DNA of 64,000 nucleotides from Sminthopsis crassicaudata. Taxonomy: Eukaryota. Below the pieces are notes generated by a model. The model saw only the letters and a list, made by a program, of their open reading frames with translations, did no database searches and was not told where the DNA came from. The first letter of the stretch is position 1, and each line of letters begins with the position of its first letter. Below, in pieces: positions 24,801 through 36,953 of this stretch. The stretch is taken from positions 247,322,055 to 247,386,054 of the forward strand of contig NC_133622.1 in NCBI RefSeq assembly GCF_048593235.1, read 5' to 3'. The position numbers and the translations under genes were made by a program.

Positions 24801-27800
24801 CAGAGGTCCAAGGCAAGGATTCCCGGGATGCTGGCGCTGTGCAGCCCCTTTACAGAGAGAAGAGCGGCCCCACGCCATCTGAGCTCAGATTCCGGAGCTT
24901 GAGCGCGGCCCAGGCCAGCCCTCCCTTACCTCCCTGGCTAAAGTCGGGCTTTCTCCTCCTGCCCTCAGCGGGGACCTCAGTGAGGGAGCAGCGGCACCCC
25001 CCACCCCCCATCACTAGCAGGAGGCTCGGTTCCTGGGGTCACCAGACTTCGACGACTGTGGCCTCTGGGGCCAGCTCAGAGGAGGACCACTCACCACATG
25101 GGATGCCACCTGCCGGTACTTGCTGAGCTCCTCTGGCTTCACCAGCTCCTCCGGCACCGTCTTTCCCCTCTGCCAACAAGAATGGCCCCCAAAGGCTCTC
25201 CGTGAATGGCGTCAAAGGCCGCCCCCCATGCCTTCTTCCACAGCACTGCCCCATCCCCTCATTCCCTTCACAGCACTGTCCCATTCCCCCATCTCCTTCC
25301 TCTTGGCATCCCCCCATCCCAGGTGCCCATCCCCCCCTGGCGGGACTCACCTTTTTACGCTCCGTGGTGAGCACTGTAGCTTTGTCTTGAAGCTGGAGAG
25401 GAGAGCAGAGGGCCATGAAACGCCGCTGGAGACCCAAGTGCCCGCCCACACAGGGTGTCCCCCACTTCTCTCTCCAGGCCGGGAGGGAATGAAGGGAGCT
25501 GGGGCTCAGCACGACAGCCCGGCTCTTGAGGGGAGGACACTTAGCCTTTGTCTAGGCAGCCATCCTGGAGGGCAAAAGGGACGAGAAGGCCCAAGAGCCG
25601 GGCACTCTGCCAGTCCCAAGGGGCGGTCCCGGTGCCTACCTTCTGGATGATCTCGGGGGTCATTCCCACCAGCTCTCCCAGATCCATCGGCTCGCCAGCA
25701 CCCTAGAAGGAAGAAGACCACGGCTGAGGAGGCCCGAGGAGGGCCCCGGCGCTCGCGGGGAAGCACCCGGGGGAGCACTCACCACCACGCTGGGCTGGGA
25801 GCTCGGCACCGCCTGGGGCACGATGAGGCCGGCCTGGGGCTTCAGCGTGGCCAGGGCTTCTCGGGCAGCGGTGACCTCCTTCGTGAGACGGGCGATGACA
25901 CGGCAGGCGGCGTCGTGCTGGTAGAGCGCGTGGGACAGCTCCTGGCGGGTGGTCTGCAGCTGCTGGCGCAGGGTGAAGCTGTGCAGCATGACGGCGTCCT
26001 GGGGGAGAGGGGCGGCTGAGACGGGGCAGCCGGCGGGCGCTGGGCCCAACGGGGGAGGGGAGCTGGCGGAGAGGCCCGGTCTGGCCATACCCCTCCAGGA
26101 GCCCCGGTCACGGGCAGATGCCCGCCCCCAGTGGAGCGCCCACCCAGGCCTTCCATCTGCTGCTTCGTCACCCCGGGAAGCCCGCAGCCGAAGCGAGCTG
26201 AAGGGTCACCCTTAACCCCCCAGCGCGATCGCCTCGGGCCCCAGGCCCTGGACAGAGGAGCCCCGCGCTCTCACCCATTCGTCCTGCAGGGCCTTCAGGA
26301 TGGCTGGGATGCTGGTGGCAGAGGGCGGCTTGGGCCGGATGGGGTGGGCAACTATCCGAGAGACAGAGAGAGCGGCTCTTGAGAGATTCCCACACAGGCC
26401 GCCCCTCCCGCAGCCCGTCCTCCCCGGGCTCTTCCTCAAGGCCCCCATGTGGCGCCCTGGGGGGCAGGCCCCCGGGGGGAGGGGCGGGGGTACCTTTGAT
26501 GTCAATCAGCTGCTCCTCAGACAGGGGCTGGTTGTTGATGGGGTCGGTGCCATTCTCGGCAATGTACTTCTCGATAAGCCTGCGCTCGTACACGTGGTTG
26601 GAGACCGGGGACACGCAGGGGTGCTCCGGCACCTCGTTGGAGACTGCGAACAAGGGGCCGGGCTCGTGAGCATCCGCCGCCGCTCCCGGGACGGGAGTCA
26701 AAGGCCGCGGGGGGAGCTCGGCCGGCCGGGGTGCGAGGGGAGCAGCGCCCCCCCAAAGTGAGTCACGCCTCCGTGGGGGCCACCACCTCACAGCTTGTCA
26801 TCAGGAGACGTTTGCTGTCGCACCATTTTATGTTCCCATATGCCCGGGGGCACCTGAAAGTCTCTGGGATCCCAAGGGGGGAAAGTGGAAGGACCCCCAA
26901 CAATGGGGTGTCAGTCTGGGCAGGCCCGGGTCAGAGGCCGGACAAAGGGCGGCTCTAGGGGCCAGACCGCAGCCAGCGGTCCCCCGGAGTGGGAGGGCAG
27001 AGGCCGAGGCTACTCAGCCTGTCAGTCCCCGGCCCTTCTGTTTGGGGTACCACTTAGCACGTCTGGAACGAAGACTGACAGCCCGGGATTCCCTGTGAGA
27101 ACCCCGCTCCCCTTGTGGGAGAGGAGAGGGGGAAGGGCTGAGCCTAAGGGAGAACCAGGCAGGACAAGCCGCAGCCCCCGCCCCTCTTCCCCCCCCACCT
27201 TTCTCCCAATGACCACCAGTGACCCCACAAGGGCAGAGCACCTGCTAAAGGGGGGGGGTGTTTGTGGACATCTTCCCTCCATACTTGGGGGGAACTCCCC
27301 GAGGCACAGCCCCTCCCCCCAAACACCTGCCGGGACCAGGAGAGACTCCCCGGGATGGCGCCCTCAGTCCCTGGAGAGACACCCCTCCCCCCAGCATCTA
27401 CTTCCAACCCCCCTCCCCTGCACAGCGCCGCCCCGGGCTCCGCAGCAGGTACAGAGGGAGTGAGGGCACCTACTGGGTGCACACCTACTGGGTGCACACC
27501 CTCCAAGCCGCTCCCTTCCCACTTTGCTTCCCCCGCCCCGCCCCATGCCCCGCCCCCTTTCTCCAAATCCCCCATCGGGCGGCTCTCCCACCCCTCCCGC
27601 GGGTCAGTGACGGGGACATGTGCGCCCCGCTAGAGGGGAGCCCCCAGAGGGCAGCGGCGGCCGGAGGTTAGCACCACGTGCGGCATACAGCCGGCGCTTA
27701 ATAAGTGCTTGCACAGTGACGCGCTCTCTCTGGGCCGCGGGCGCGCAGCCCCCGGGGCGCCGTGTTACAGGTGAGGAAACTGAGGCCGCGGCGGGAGAAG

Positions 27801-27910
27801 CGCCCGGCCTCGGGTCCTCCCATCGAGAAGACGCCGGACCTCAGGCTCCACGTGGGGAGGCCCGGCGGGAACGCCGGAGGCCGCTACTCACTGGAGCAGA
27901 TGAGGGACAT
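21879..27910 (-). CDS. PRPF19: Pre-mRNA-processing factor 19 (U-box/coiled-coil/WD40 E3 ligase); 15 coding exons, 504 aa
   Basis: Exons on -: 27892-27910, 26494-26643, 26275-26351, 25783-25998, 25640-25702, 25351-25392, 25095-25169, 24772-24847, 24567-24676, 23458-23613, 23294-23363, 23121-23206, 22744-22914, 22536-22641, 21879-21976. Total 1515 nt, all GT-AG. Translation [21 protein letters not shown]...[12 protein letters not shown] is nearly identical to mammalian PRPF19. Confidence 0.99.
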
Positions 27911-28330
27911 GGCGCCACCGCCGCCACCAACACCGCCGCCGCCGCCGCCGCGCTGGGGCTCCCTTCCCGCCGGGCTCTGCTTCCGGGACCGACGCCTCTA
28001 CTTCCGGTTCTCCCCCTCTCCCGGGGGGTGGTTCCGGTTCGAGGAGGGAGAGGGGGAAAGAGGAGGGCCGGGCACGCGGGGCTTCACGTGGGGGAAGCCG
28101 TCTCGCGCGGGATCCTAGAGCAACTAACGGAAACGGGCCCTTCCCGGCATGCAATGGGCCCGGAAGGAGCTCTCCCGCCTCCTATCCGGATTTTCCGGAG
28201 GGCGCTCGGTTTCTTCCGGAAGAACACGGGGTCAGGAACTACATTCCCCATGATGCAAAGAGAATAGGGCTATCCGATTCCCGAGAGGAATACGAAGGCC
28301 GAAAGACCGCGAGATTTGATGCCCCAGGGC
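27500..28330 (-). promoter_or_regulatory. PRPF19 CpG-island promoter with ETS and ZNF143 motifs
   Basis: CpG-dense; CCGGAA/TTCCGG at about 28001, 28140, 28159 and 28213; ACTACATTCCCCATGATGCA at 28238-28257 matches the extended ZNF143/SBS motif. Confidence 0.7.
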
Positions 28331-29689
28331 AGGGTCCTTGGCATTAATACGCGCTGTGTCTAGTCGTCACTCCAACTGTTTAGACCTCTGGGTTGCCTTG
28401 GTGAGAGGGAGGAGCTGGGTCTGCTTCAGCCCGCGTAGTATTAAGTTTAAAAATTCCGGAGCTCGGAAGTAGAGCAGGGCGGGGCCTTAGGTACCTCCTA
28501 GGCCGCCTCCCTTCCATTTTACAGATGGGTAAACTGAGCACCCTGGGGGGGGGGGGTTACCGCCCAGGCCTGCCCGCCCCTAGTTATTGTATCAGTCCCT
28601 TGGGGGCTACAACATGCCACGCTGGTCCCGGTGCAGCACACAGGCGGCCCTGCCGCTTTCATAGCTGTGGGCCGCGGCCTCAGTTTCCCCATCTGTAAAA
28701 TGGACTCTGGCTTCAAAGCTGCGGTTCTGGCGTCCTGTGGGTGACTTTGGGCAACACTTTCCCCTTAACTGGGAAACGAGGCCTGGACTAGCCACTTCCG
28801 AGGTCGCTCTCAGCCGGGCCGGGCACGGGGGCAAGCAGGAGGCCCCGGGACGCTTCCAGGAGGAGGGATGGGAGGTACACCTCCCGGGGCTCGGCCTGGG
28901 TCTCCTGCAGAGCCCCAGGGGGATCGCAGGTCCCGCCGGTGCCCCCGCGCTGAGCTGCCTGCCGGACTCGGACGCGCCACGGGGGCAGTGATGGGGCGGG
29001 ACAGGCGGGCCCGCTCCTGGCCATTCCTTCTGTTTCCAGGGCGGGGAGGCGGGCCGGCGGGGGACGAGGAGGGGAGCGTGGGTCTGCGGGCAGAAATCTG
29101 CTGGTGCTTTGCCAGATGAATGACCTTGGGGAAGTCGTGGGATCCGAGCTGGAACTGAAAGGTCTCTGAGGCCGTCTGGCCGGCAGGCCGCTGGGCGGGA
29201 GCTCTGTCCCAGTAACTACCGCTAATCGTTCCGGTGTGATACTGTATGTCCTAAGTAATGGGGCGTTAGAGTGTGATAACGTGTAATACTGTCGCTAGCC
29301 ACAGTGTGGGTTCTTAGGGTTTCAAGCACCCCACAGGCCAAAGGGACAGGTGCATGAGGAGGCAGGGCCCAGAGAACAAAGGAGACTCCCGTATTCACCG
29401 GTGTGTGCATGTGTAGTCCGAGGTGTATGACCACGTGGGCTCTGTGCGTGGATGTTCCCGCACACACACGCACACGCCTGCCCACAGACTGGCTCCGGGG
29501 CTTACATCTGACTACAGACCACCTGTGGACAAGTAGCCAACGTTGCCCTAAATTTGGGGAACACCAAAAATATCCAAACACCAGGCATTTTTCAGGCCCT
29601 GAGCTTGTGGAGTGTGACTAGTTACACCAGACTCTCTTAATCTTCAGAGGCGAATGTCCCAGAGCAGGATGCAGCTGAGACAGTCAGTA

Positions 29690-29870
29690 GTGGATGGAGT
29701 GCTTGGCCTGGACTCAAGACCTGAATTTAAATCCAGTCTTAGATACCTCTATCTATGTGACTCTGGGGCAAGTCACTTAAACACTGTCTGCCTCAGTTTC
29801 CTCACCTGTCAAAATGGAGATAATTACATCTAGGGTTGTTGTGGAAATTAAACGAGATGGTATTTGTTTA
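29690..29870 (+). mobile_element. MIR/Mar1-type CORE-SINE
   Basis: gtgactctggggcaagtcacttaa... gcctcagtttcctcacctgtcaaaatggagataa... gggttgttgtgga. Confidence 0.7.
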
Positions 29871-31999
29871 AAAAAAAAAAAGCTTGTACCATCGAGCCTG
29901 GTACATCTTGAGCACTATGTAAATCCCGTTCCTTTCCCTTCCCCCTTCTCCAGTCCGCCCAATGTTGCCCCTAGGCGAGGACAAATCTGGAAGATCTCCC
30001 CGTTTCTAGGGGAACCTGGGCCTGGCACATAGGAAGTGCTTGTTTGGTGACCGATAGCTGACTGGCTTCTCCCTCCAGTGCCTTTGGCGAGCTTGATTTC
30101 TATCCCTGCTGGTCTTGATGCTAAATTTGGAAGAATCAACCAGAATTATCCCTATCTTGACATCTCTTAAGGATTTTGACACATGTGGGAGACTCCATGT
30201 TGGAAGAGAGCCAATTCAAATCTTATCTCAAATTCAAGAAACAATAAGCATCACGTGATTTGTTAATCCTTTGGGTGATTGTAAAGTTGTGCTTTGTTGT
30301 AGGGCATCATTTGGGAAAACCTGTTTCCTCCTCCTTCATAGCAGCTTCAAGAATCCCTCCACACTCCTGGACTTTTTGACCAAGAAATCAATTGCCTCAT
30401 CCAAGAGCCCGAAAGAACTAGATTCTGCCATAACCAGCAAATGCTCAATTTCCTTGCCAAGAAAAGAAATATGGAGACCAACAGCAATCCCCATTTGTAA
30501 AGTCCAGTGGAGAAGTGTGGTGGAAGACTGAACAGTCTGGCCTGTAAAACATCAAAATTTATCAAGAGATATAGTTGGGCAAAATCATTCCTAGGGAATT
30601 CAGAGATGAAACTAGGAGGGCGACAGTGAATGGATGAAAAAGGGAAAAGATCTAGCATTGTCACCCCGGCAAAAACTCTGTTTCCTCCATGAATCGGGGA
30701 CAGTGGAGAGCAGTCACCAGGAGTGGATTCTCCACAGCACAGCACGGCTAGGAAAGATTTGTGTGAATGATTCCAAAAAGCATAAACAAGAGCACCAATC
30801 ACAATGGAGGAGGATGTGTCCTAGGAGTCAGTGTTCAGTCTGATGTGTTTCCCCATGCTGGGGAATGAATTACAGAGTAGGTGTAGAGTACGGATCTATA
30901 AAATTCTGTGGTTTAAAGAAAGATGATTTTATTTTTAACATAATTGCTTTCCTCTCTAATCCTATGGATTATGTTTTATGCATTTAAAAACATTGTTCTG
31001 AACAGCTGTCTATAGGCTGCCCAAAGAGCCATAACAATAAGATCAAGCAGCTTCCTTATGAAATGTCAACATGGTTTGCTAAGAGAACTCTAAGAACTAT
31101 TCATTGGGTTTCAAAGACCTGGGCTGCCTCCAAGATAATTGACTCATGGGCTTGTGATGGGCCCTGAAAATGATTGTATTGTAATCTGCCTTTCCCCTCT
31201 CTTCCCACTTATGATTTGTGTATAAAATCTCTACCTTGCCTGCAACAGGAAAACTTCCAGTTTGCAAACTGTATTCCTCACTCTGAAAATGATTCAACTG
31301 CTACTTGATCTCTAAAATCTGCCCCTGGGACCCGCTCAGTGTGGCTCTAGCTATTCACACTTTTGAGACCAAGATTTTTACATAAAATTCTGTTAACTCG
31401 GTGACCGGCTGAATGGGCTGATACTGTGGAGGCAGAGAAGGGACAGAATTCTCCTTCCCCTCCCAACTGAAAATGGCTGCCATGAGGGCCAAGACCCAAG
31501 GAGAGCGACATGTTCTTGGCCAAGCATCCTGAGAGGAGATTTTTCCAGCTCTGGACGTAATAGCAGCCAGGGTCCTGAGAGATGTCCTGGAGAAGCATGT
31601 GGTAAAAGTGTGCCTGCTTCATAGGTATCCCCATATTTTGAGACTTCCAAGTTCTGTGAGTCCTGCTTGAGAGGCCAGCCGTCGGCTGTTTAGAGTAGGA
31701 ATTTTTAACCTTTGTGTTATGATGATTGGCAATGTCTGATGAAACCCATGGATCACTTCTCAGATGACAAAGGAAACCAATTTGTACTGAAATTCATTTA
31801 TCAACACATTAGAAACACAAGAAATCCATAGACCTGGAATGAGTGGGTGGAATCTTCAGGTAAACTCCTGGCCAGTGGGAGATGCTTCTTGGAGAAGTCA
31901 AGCCATAGGCACTTAAGTTCCTGCTGTATTCCAGGCTCTATGCTTAGTTTGGGGGACTCTTGTCCTCAAGAAGCTCACAATTTAATGGGAAAAACAATT

Positions 32000-34620
32000 G
32001 TGTGCACATGAGGTATAGATAGGATAAATTGGAGGTAAGCTCAGGACTGGGAAGGGTTTCTGGTGGAAGGTGGTACTTTAGCTAGACTTGAAGGAAGTCA
32101 GGAGGCAAGAGGTGAGGAGGAAGGGCATTCCAGGCATAAAACAGCCAGTTGGGAGAATGGGAAGAGTCAAGTAGGAGGAAAATGACAAAGATAAGGAAGA
32201 AGGGAAGAAAACTGTAAAGGGAAGAAGGGGCTTGCTTGGTGATCAGGATTTTAAAAGCCAAGCAGGACTGAATATGGGATCTTGGCGGTAAAAGGGAGCT
32301 ATGGAGAAGGGACAGGATCACCAAAATGCTTCCCACAATGAAGCAGAACTTGAAGGAGGAGATGTGGCGCTCGCCACGACAGCTCCCACCATTACTGAGT
32401 TATTTGGGCAGGGCATGTCTGATAGCAAGGGGAGCACTTTCAAAAGCCCCCAAAGTGTGTTTCTATGGGATTCTATGTAGATTTTGTGAGAAAGAAGGGC
32501 TTCCAGTCACATCAAAGTGTCACTCCATTGGCAAGCCCAAGTACAGCTTCCATCCAGGAATCTGTGATCGCTTTGTTCGTTCCTTGGGTCTGTGGATTCT
32601 GCATTTTTGGTGGGAGTGAAATAATCTGTCCCAAAGGCAATACCCATGTTCTTTGGAGGTCTCAGGAGCTAGGAACCTTGTTTCCTACCTTCAAGCATTA
32701 GACACAACCTCTTCTGGACTACACAAGACATCTTGAAGTTGCCATTAAAGAGAAATAACCCTTTTCGATCCATGCTCCAAGACTGGCCCCAGACCATGTG
32801 AGCTCAGAGTTAAAGGGAGGCCTGGACCACTGATCTGGTGTAAATGTTTTGTTGTTGGTCATTTGCATCCAATACCTCAGGATCTCATCTCGAGATTTTC
32901 TTGGCAGAGATACAAGTGTTTGCTGTTGCTTTCTCCAGCTCATACGGGGAAGCTGAGACCAGCAGAGTGAAGTGACTTGACTAATAAGTACGTGAGGGCA
33001 GATTAGTGCTTCAGTCTTCCTAACGCCAGTCCTGGCACTGTTTCTACTGCGCCAGTATGAAGGAGACCAACACTAAAAGACAGCCAAAGTCCAAGTGACC
33101 CGGTCAAGCTCTTCACAACGTGTGGGACACCCTCTGCTCTCATATCCATCTCTGATTTCTTGCCTTTTCTCAAAGCCCAGTCCCAGCATAGTCTTACCTG
33201 AAGGAGGTGTCGTGTCCTTCCAGCCTGTGCCCTTAGAAGCTACTTTGTGCTTGCTTTGTAGAGATTTTGGTGTTTATCTGGGCATATGGCGTCTCCCTCA
33301 AGAGAGTCTAACTGTCTTCTAAAAGTGTGGGTTGTTTTCTTTGTACTTTTGTATCTCCAGCATTTAGCCTAGTGCCTGGGACATAGCAGGTGCCCCAAAA
33401 TGCTTGTTGAATGAAGAAGTGGATAAAAAGGGTTTAGGTTCTACCTTTACAGATAACCCAAATGGGGTTATCTCTCCCTCTCCCCCTCTCCTTTTGTCTT
33501 CTTTTTTTTTTCTCTCCTCCCTCTAGTTCATATTCCTTATTCTTATCCTATTTTTTCAGTCAATCAACAATTTTTATTAAGAACTTGCTATTTTCCAGAA
33601 ACTGAACAAGGTATTGGGAAAACCAGAACAAATTATGAACTAATTGCTACTCTAATAGGGATGGAAGGTTACATTCTAATGAGGGAGAGAAGTATGTATA
33701 AAAATATAGACAGCATAAATGTAGACAAATACAGTTATATACAAAGTATTTAAACGAGTTCAGGTGGGAGGGCACTGGTTGTCAGGAGATCAGGAAAGCC
33801 TCCATGCAGAAGACAGTATTCTGAAAAGGGATCCATAGCTTTCATCACATTTTCAAAGGGATCCATGTTACCTTTTTTGTAAAAGGTCAGGGTAGAGGGA
33901 AAAAAGAAGAGAAGGAAATAAGCATTTATATAGTACCAACTATGTGCCGTGCAACTATGTGCTTTACAAAGATCTCATTTGATCTCATAACTGGAAGGTA
34001 GATTCTATTATCTCCATTGTACAGAACTGAGGCAAATCAGTGAGTTGCCAAGGTTCATAGAGATAATTTTTTGAGGCTAGTTTTGAATTCAGTCTTACTG
34101 ATTCTAAGCCCAAAGTTCTAGATACTTGAGCTACCAGCTGCCTCAGGACCCAAGAAAGAACTTGAGAATGGCCACATTTAGAGAGGGGATAACACAGGTA
34201 TTAGTTTAAAGAATTAGTAAAGGAGATTGAGAAATCATCAGACAGGCAGAAAAGAGTGAAGAGTTTCCAGAAGATGAAGTTGATTACTTCAAATCCAGCT
34301 GATGAGTTAAGAGATGAGAAAAGACCATTGAATTTGGCAATTGGTAACTTTAGCTAGAACCACAGGAGATGAGGAGGAAAGCCAGATTGCTGAAAGTGGA
34401 GGAGCGAGTCTCCTTCCCTCGGAGATTCCCTCCAATTAAATGTACCCTGTATACCAAGGGAGGCTGAAGATTGAGGGAAGGATCACAATCTGCTGGAGAA
34501 GACACCGAGGGATGGCATCCAGTATTGAAAGAGGTATTTATTGGCTTTGGCAAGAAGGATGTCTTGGGGAAAGGAGGAAAGCATGGTCATGAGATGGAGA
34601 CAGCAGGGAGCTGCCTCAGA
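32000..34620. mobile_element. Cluster of old L2 and CORE-SINE fragments
   Basis: L2-like purine-rich antisense segments (32.0-32.3 and 34.2-34.6 kb), L2 3' ends at about 33330-33420 (+) and 33560-33800 (-), MIR-like segment at about 33920-34140. Confidence 0.5.
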
Positions 34621-36454
34621 ATGGCCTCCATTTTTTTTTTTTTTTTAGTAAAGCAGGAAACAGGGTCCTAAATTTGCAAGTGTAATTAAGACCTGGCAAG
34701 TATTCAAACCACCTGAAGTGGTTTGTTCTGAGTGAAGAGACTCAGATCTTGCTTTTGAATAGTTATGATCACCCTTATAGGGAAGTACTTTGGAAGGATC
34801 AGAGCAGGCATGAATGTCCTGTAACAGGTTCCAGTTGATCAGCCAACATGATTGGGGGAAGACTTGTTTTACAGGTTTTGACTCTAGAAAAGATTGTGTC
34901 TTCAAAAAATCCCGACTCATTATTGCTTCATTCCTGGAGGGACTCTGTGACCCTCATCAAGAATGATTCCAGGGAGTAAAATGAAGGGTCAAAAAGCCTC
35001 CTACCTACCCTCTCCTCTGGCTTGTTCATCTCTATTCTAAGGAAAGGGAGTAGAGCCTCTTATTTAGGTGAGGAATGAGAGTTATAGGAATCCAGGCATT
35101 GCATGTTGAAATCTAGCCCAGGTGTTGTCCAGCCTGGCATCAGTGCCCCAAGGAGGGACCTTGGAGACTCCACGTCGACAGGACGTGATCTTGGTGTGGC
35201 TTCTGCTGTGAAGTCACTTAAACGAAGCTCAGACGGCCCTACTAGACATTGTGGAAGAGAAGAGGGAGGGAGAGTGGATGGTGGGGAAATGTTTCTCGAT
35301 GTTTGCTCTTGCTATATTTTCAAAGTAAACATCCCTCTGTAAAAGCTGATCAAGGTTAACTGGTTAAACAGAACTGGGATGCTGGTCATAGCCCTTAAAA
35401 TGAGGGAAATGCTGCTGGTGGGACTCCTGCTGCTGGCAAAGAAAACAGATATTCCCAATCCCCTGAGGTTGGAGAGAGATGGACCTTCCTGACTCCAAGA
35501 GAGAAGATCAAAGTGTATAAATACATTACACAAAATTGCTACATCTTTAATCCATTAACTGATTTCTCAGCCTTTTCTTTTTGCTCAACTCCTTTAGTTG
35601 TCTAGACTTGAATAATAATCAAGGTTACTGGCTGTAAAATTTATTAGAGGAGCAATAAAAAGCAAATATGTAAAGAATAATTTGACACGGTAGCGACTTT
35701 AGCACATAAAGTTCTCTTTAACCATAACTCTAAGCGCTATCTTAGGTCTGGAAACAAAATCTCACTTTTGCCTCTCTATCTGCCTTTAAGACTCAGCTCA
35801 AACCACTTCTTGAGACCCTTCTTAATGATTAGTGTCCTTTCTCTCCTATCCCCCAAATTACTTTTATTTACAATATGCATGTTGTATTTACTTTCTCTTT
35901 ACCTGAATCCCCAAGTATTGCAATATTGCAGGTAGAATCTAAGCTCCTTGAGGACGGGGCCTATTTAGTTTTTGCCTTCTCATTATAGCAAACATCTAAT
36001 AAATGCTTGTTGATTTTAAGGAGGCACAGATTTCCTTGGAAGATGCAATTTCTTTTTTTTTTTTTTAATTTTTATTTTTTAAAACTCAGACTCCTGTCCC
36101 TTGAAATCCCTTCACCTTCCCCCTGAGTTCTCATAAGAAATAAGACCTTACTCATTTTCTCCCCGCCCTGGCTTCAGCCATCACTGGATCCAGTAACTCC
36201 AGAATTACATTTGAACTCTGTCTCCTCATCCAATGGCAAACTGACACTCCAAGATTCCATCACTTCTGCATGTCACAGTCACATTAGCTATAATGTCTCT
36301 GCAAGAAAGGATTGAAACTGGCTCTGCACCTGGGAATAAAGGCAGATAAGGAAAGACACCTCCCTTCCCTCGGCAGAGAGCATTCTGTGGCTGTGGAATA
36401 CAGCTCTGTAGGGAAAGAACCTCAGAGTGAAGATGGGCTGTACTTCAGGGCCTC

Positions 36455-36460
36455 TTTATT
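36455..36460 (-). terminator. Candidate polyadenylation signal of the Tigger-derived gene
   Basis: TTTATT on +, about 495 nt downstream of the stop at 36954. Confidence 0.45.
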
Positions 36461-36953
36461 TTGAGGTGGACGTTGGAAAGTGTAAAGACAAGGAGCACCA
36501 AGCAGTTTTTTTGTTGTTTTTTTTTTAAGGCTGTAAGCTCCTGGAGGACAGGGGCAATGCCATTCTTCTCTGCTGGCTGGCTCTTCCTCAGTACTTAATA
36601 AATGCCAGCTGATTGGTCCATTGTCTGTTTTATCCCTGTGCCCCCCCCCCAAACTCAGGAGCCTTCGCGGAGAAGCCTTTTTATAAAACAGCCAATTATA
36701 CAATAATTGGATCTACGTGTTCCTAAAAACCACCCCCTTCCCCTATGCAAAATAGAGCCATAAAAGCCACAGGACCTATGGGGGAAAGGGAGTTAAGGGA
36801 ACCCACTCAAAACTTTGTAGGTAACACATTAAAAAAAATAGAAACATAATTTTTTAAAGGGTGGCACAGTTTTACACACGTTAAATGGCACTTCACCTTG
36901 AAAGAGACCTGAAGTTTGCTGGCTGAAGCGGCTTAGATCCGGAGGCCTGCCAG

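Noticed and set aside
31470-31625. Protein-like plus-strand stretch (EEIFPALDVIAARVLRDVLEKHVVKVCLLH) ending at a GT
   Set aside because: It has an in-frame stop just upstream, no convincing acceptor and no recognised homology.
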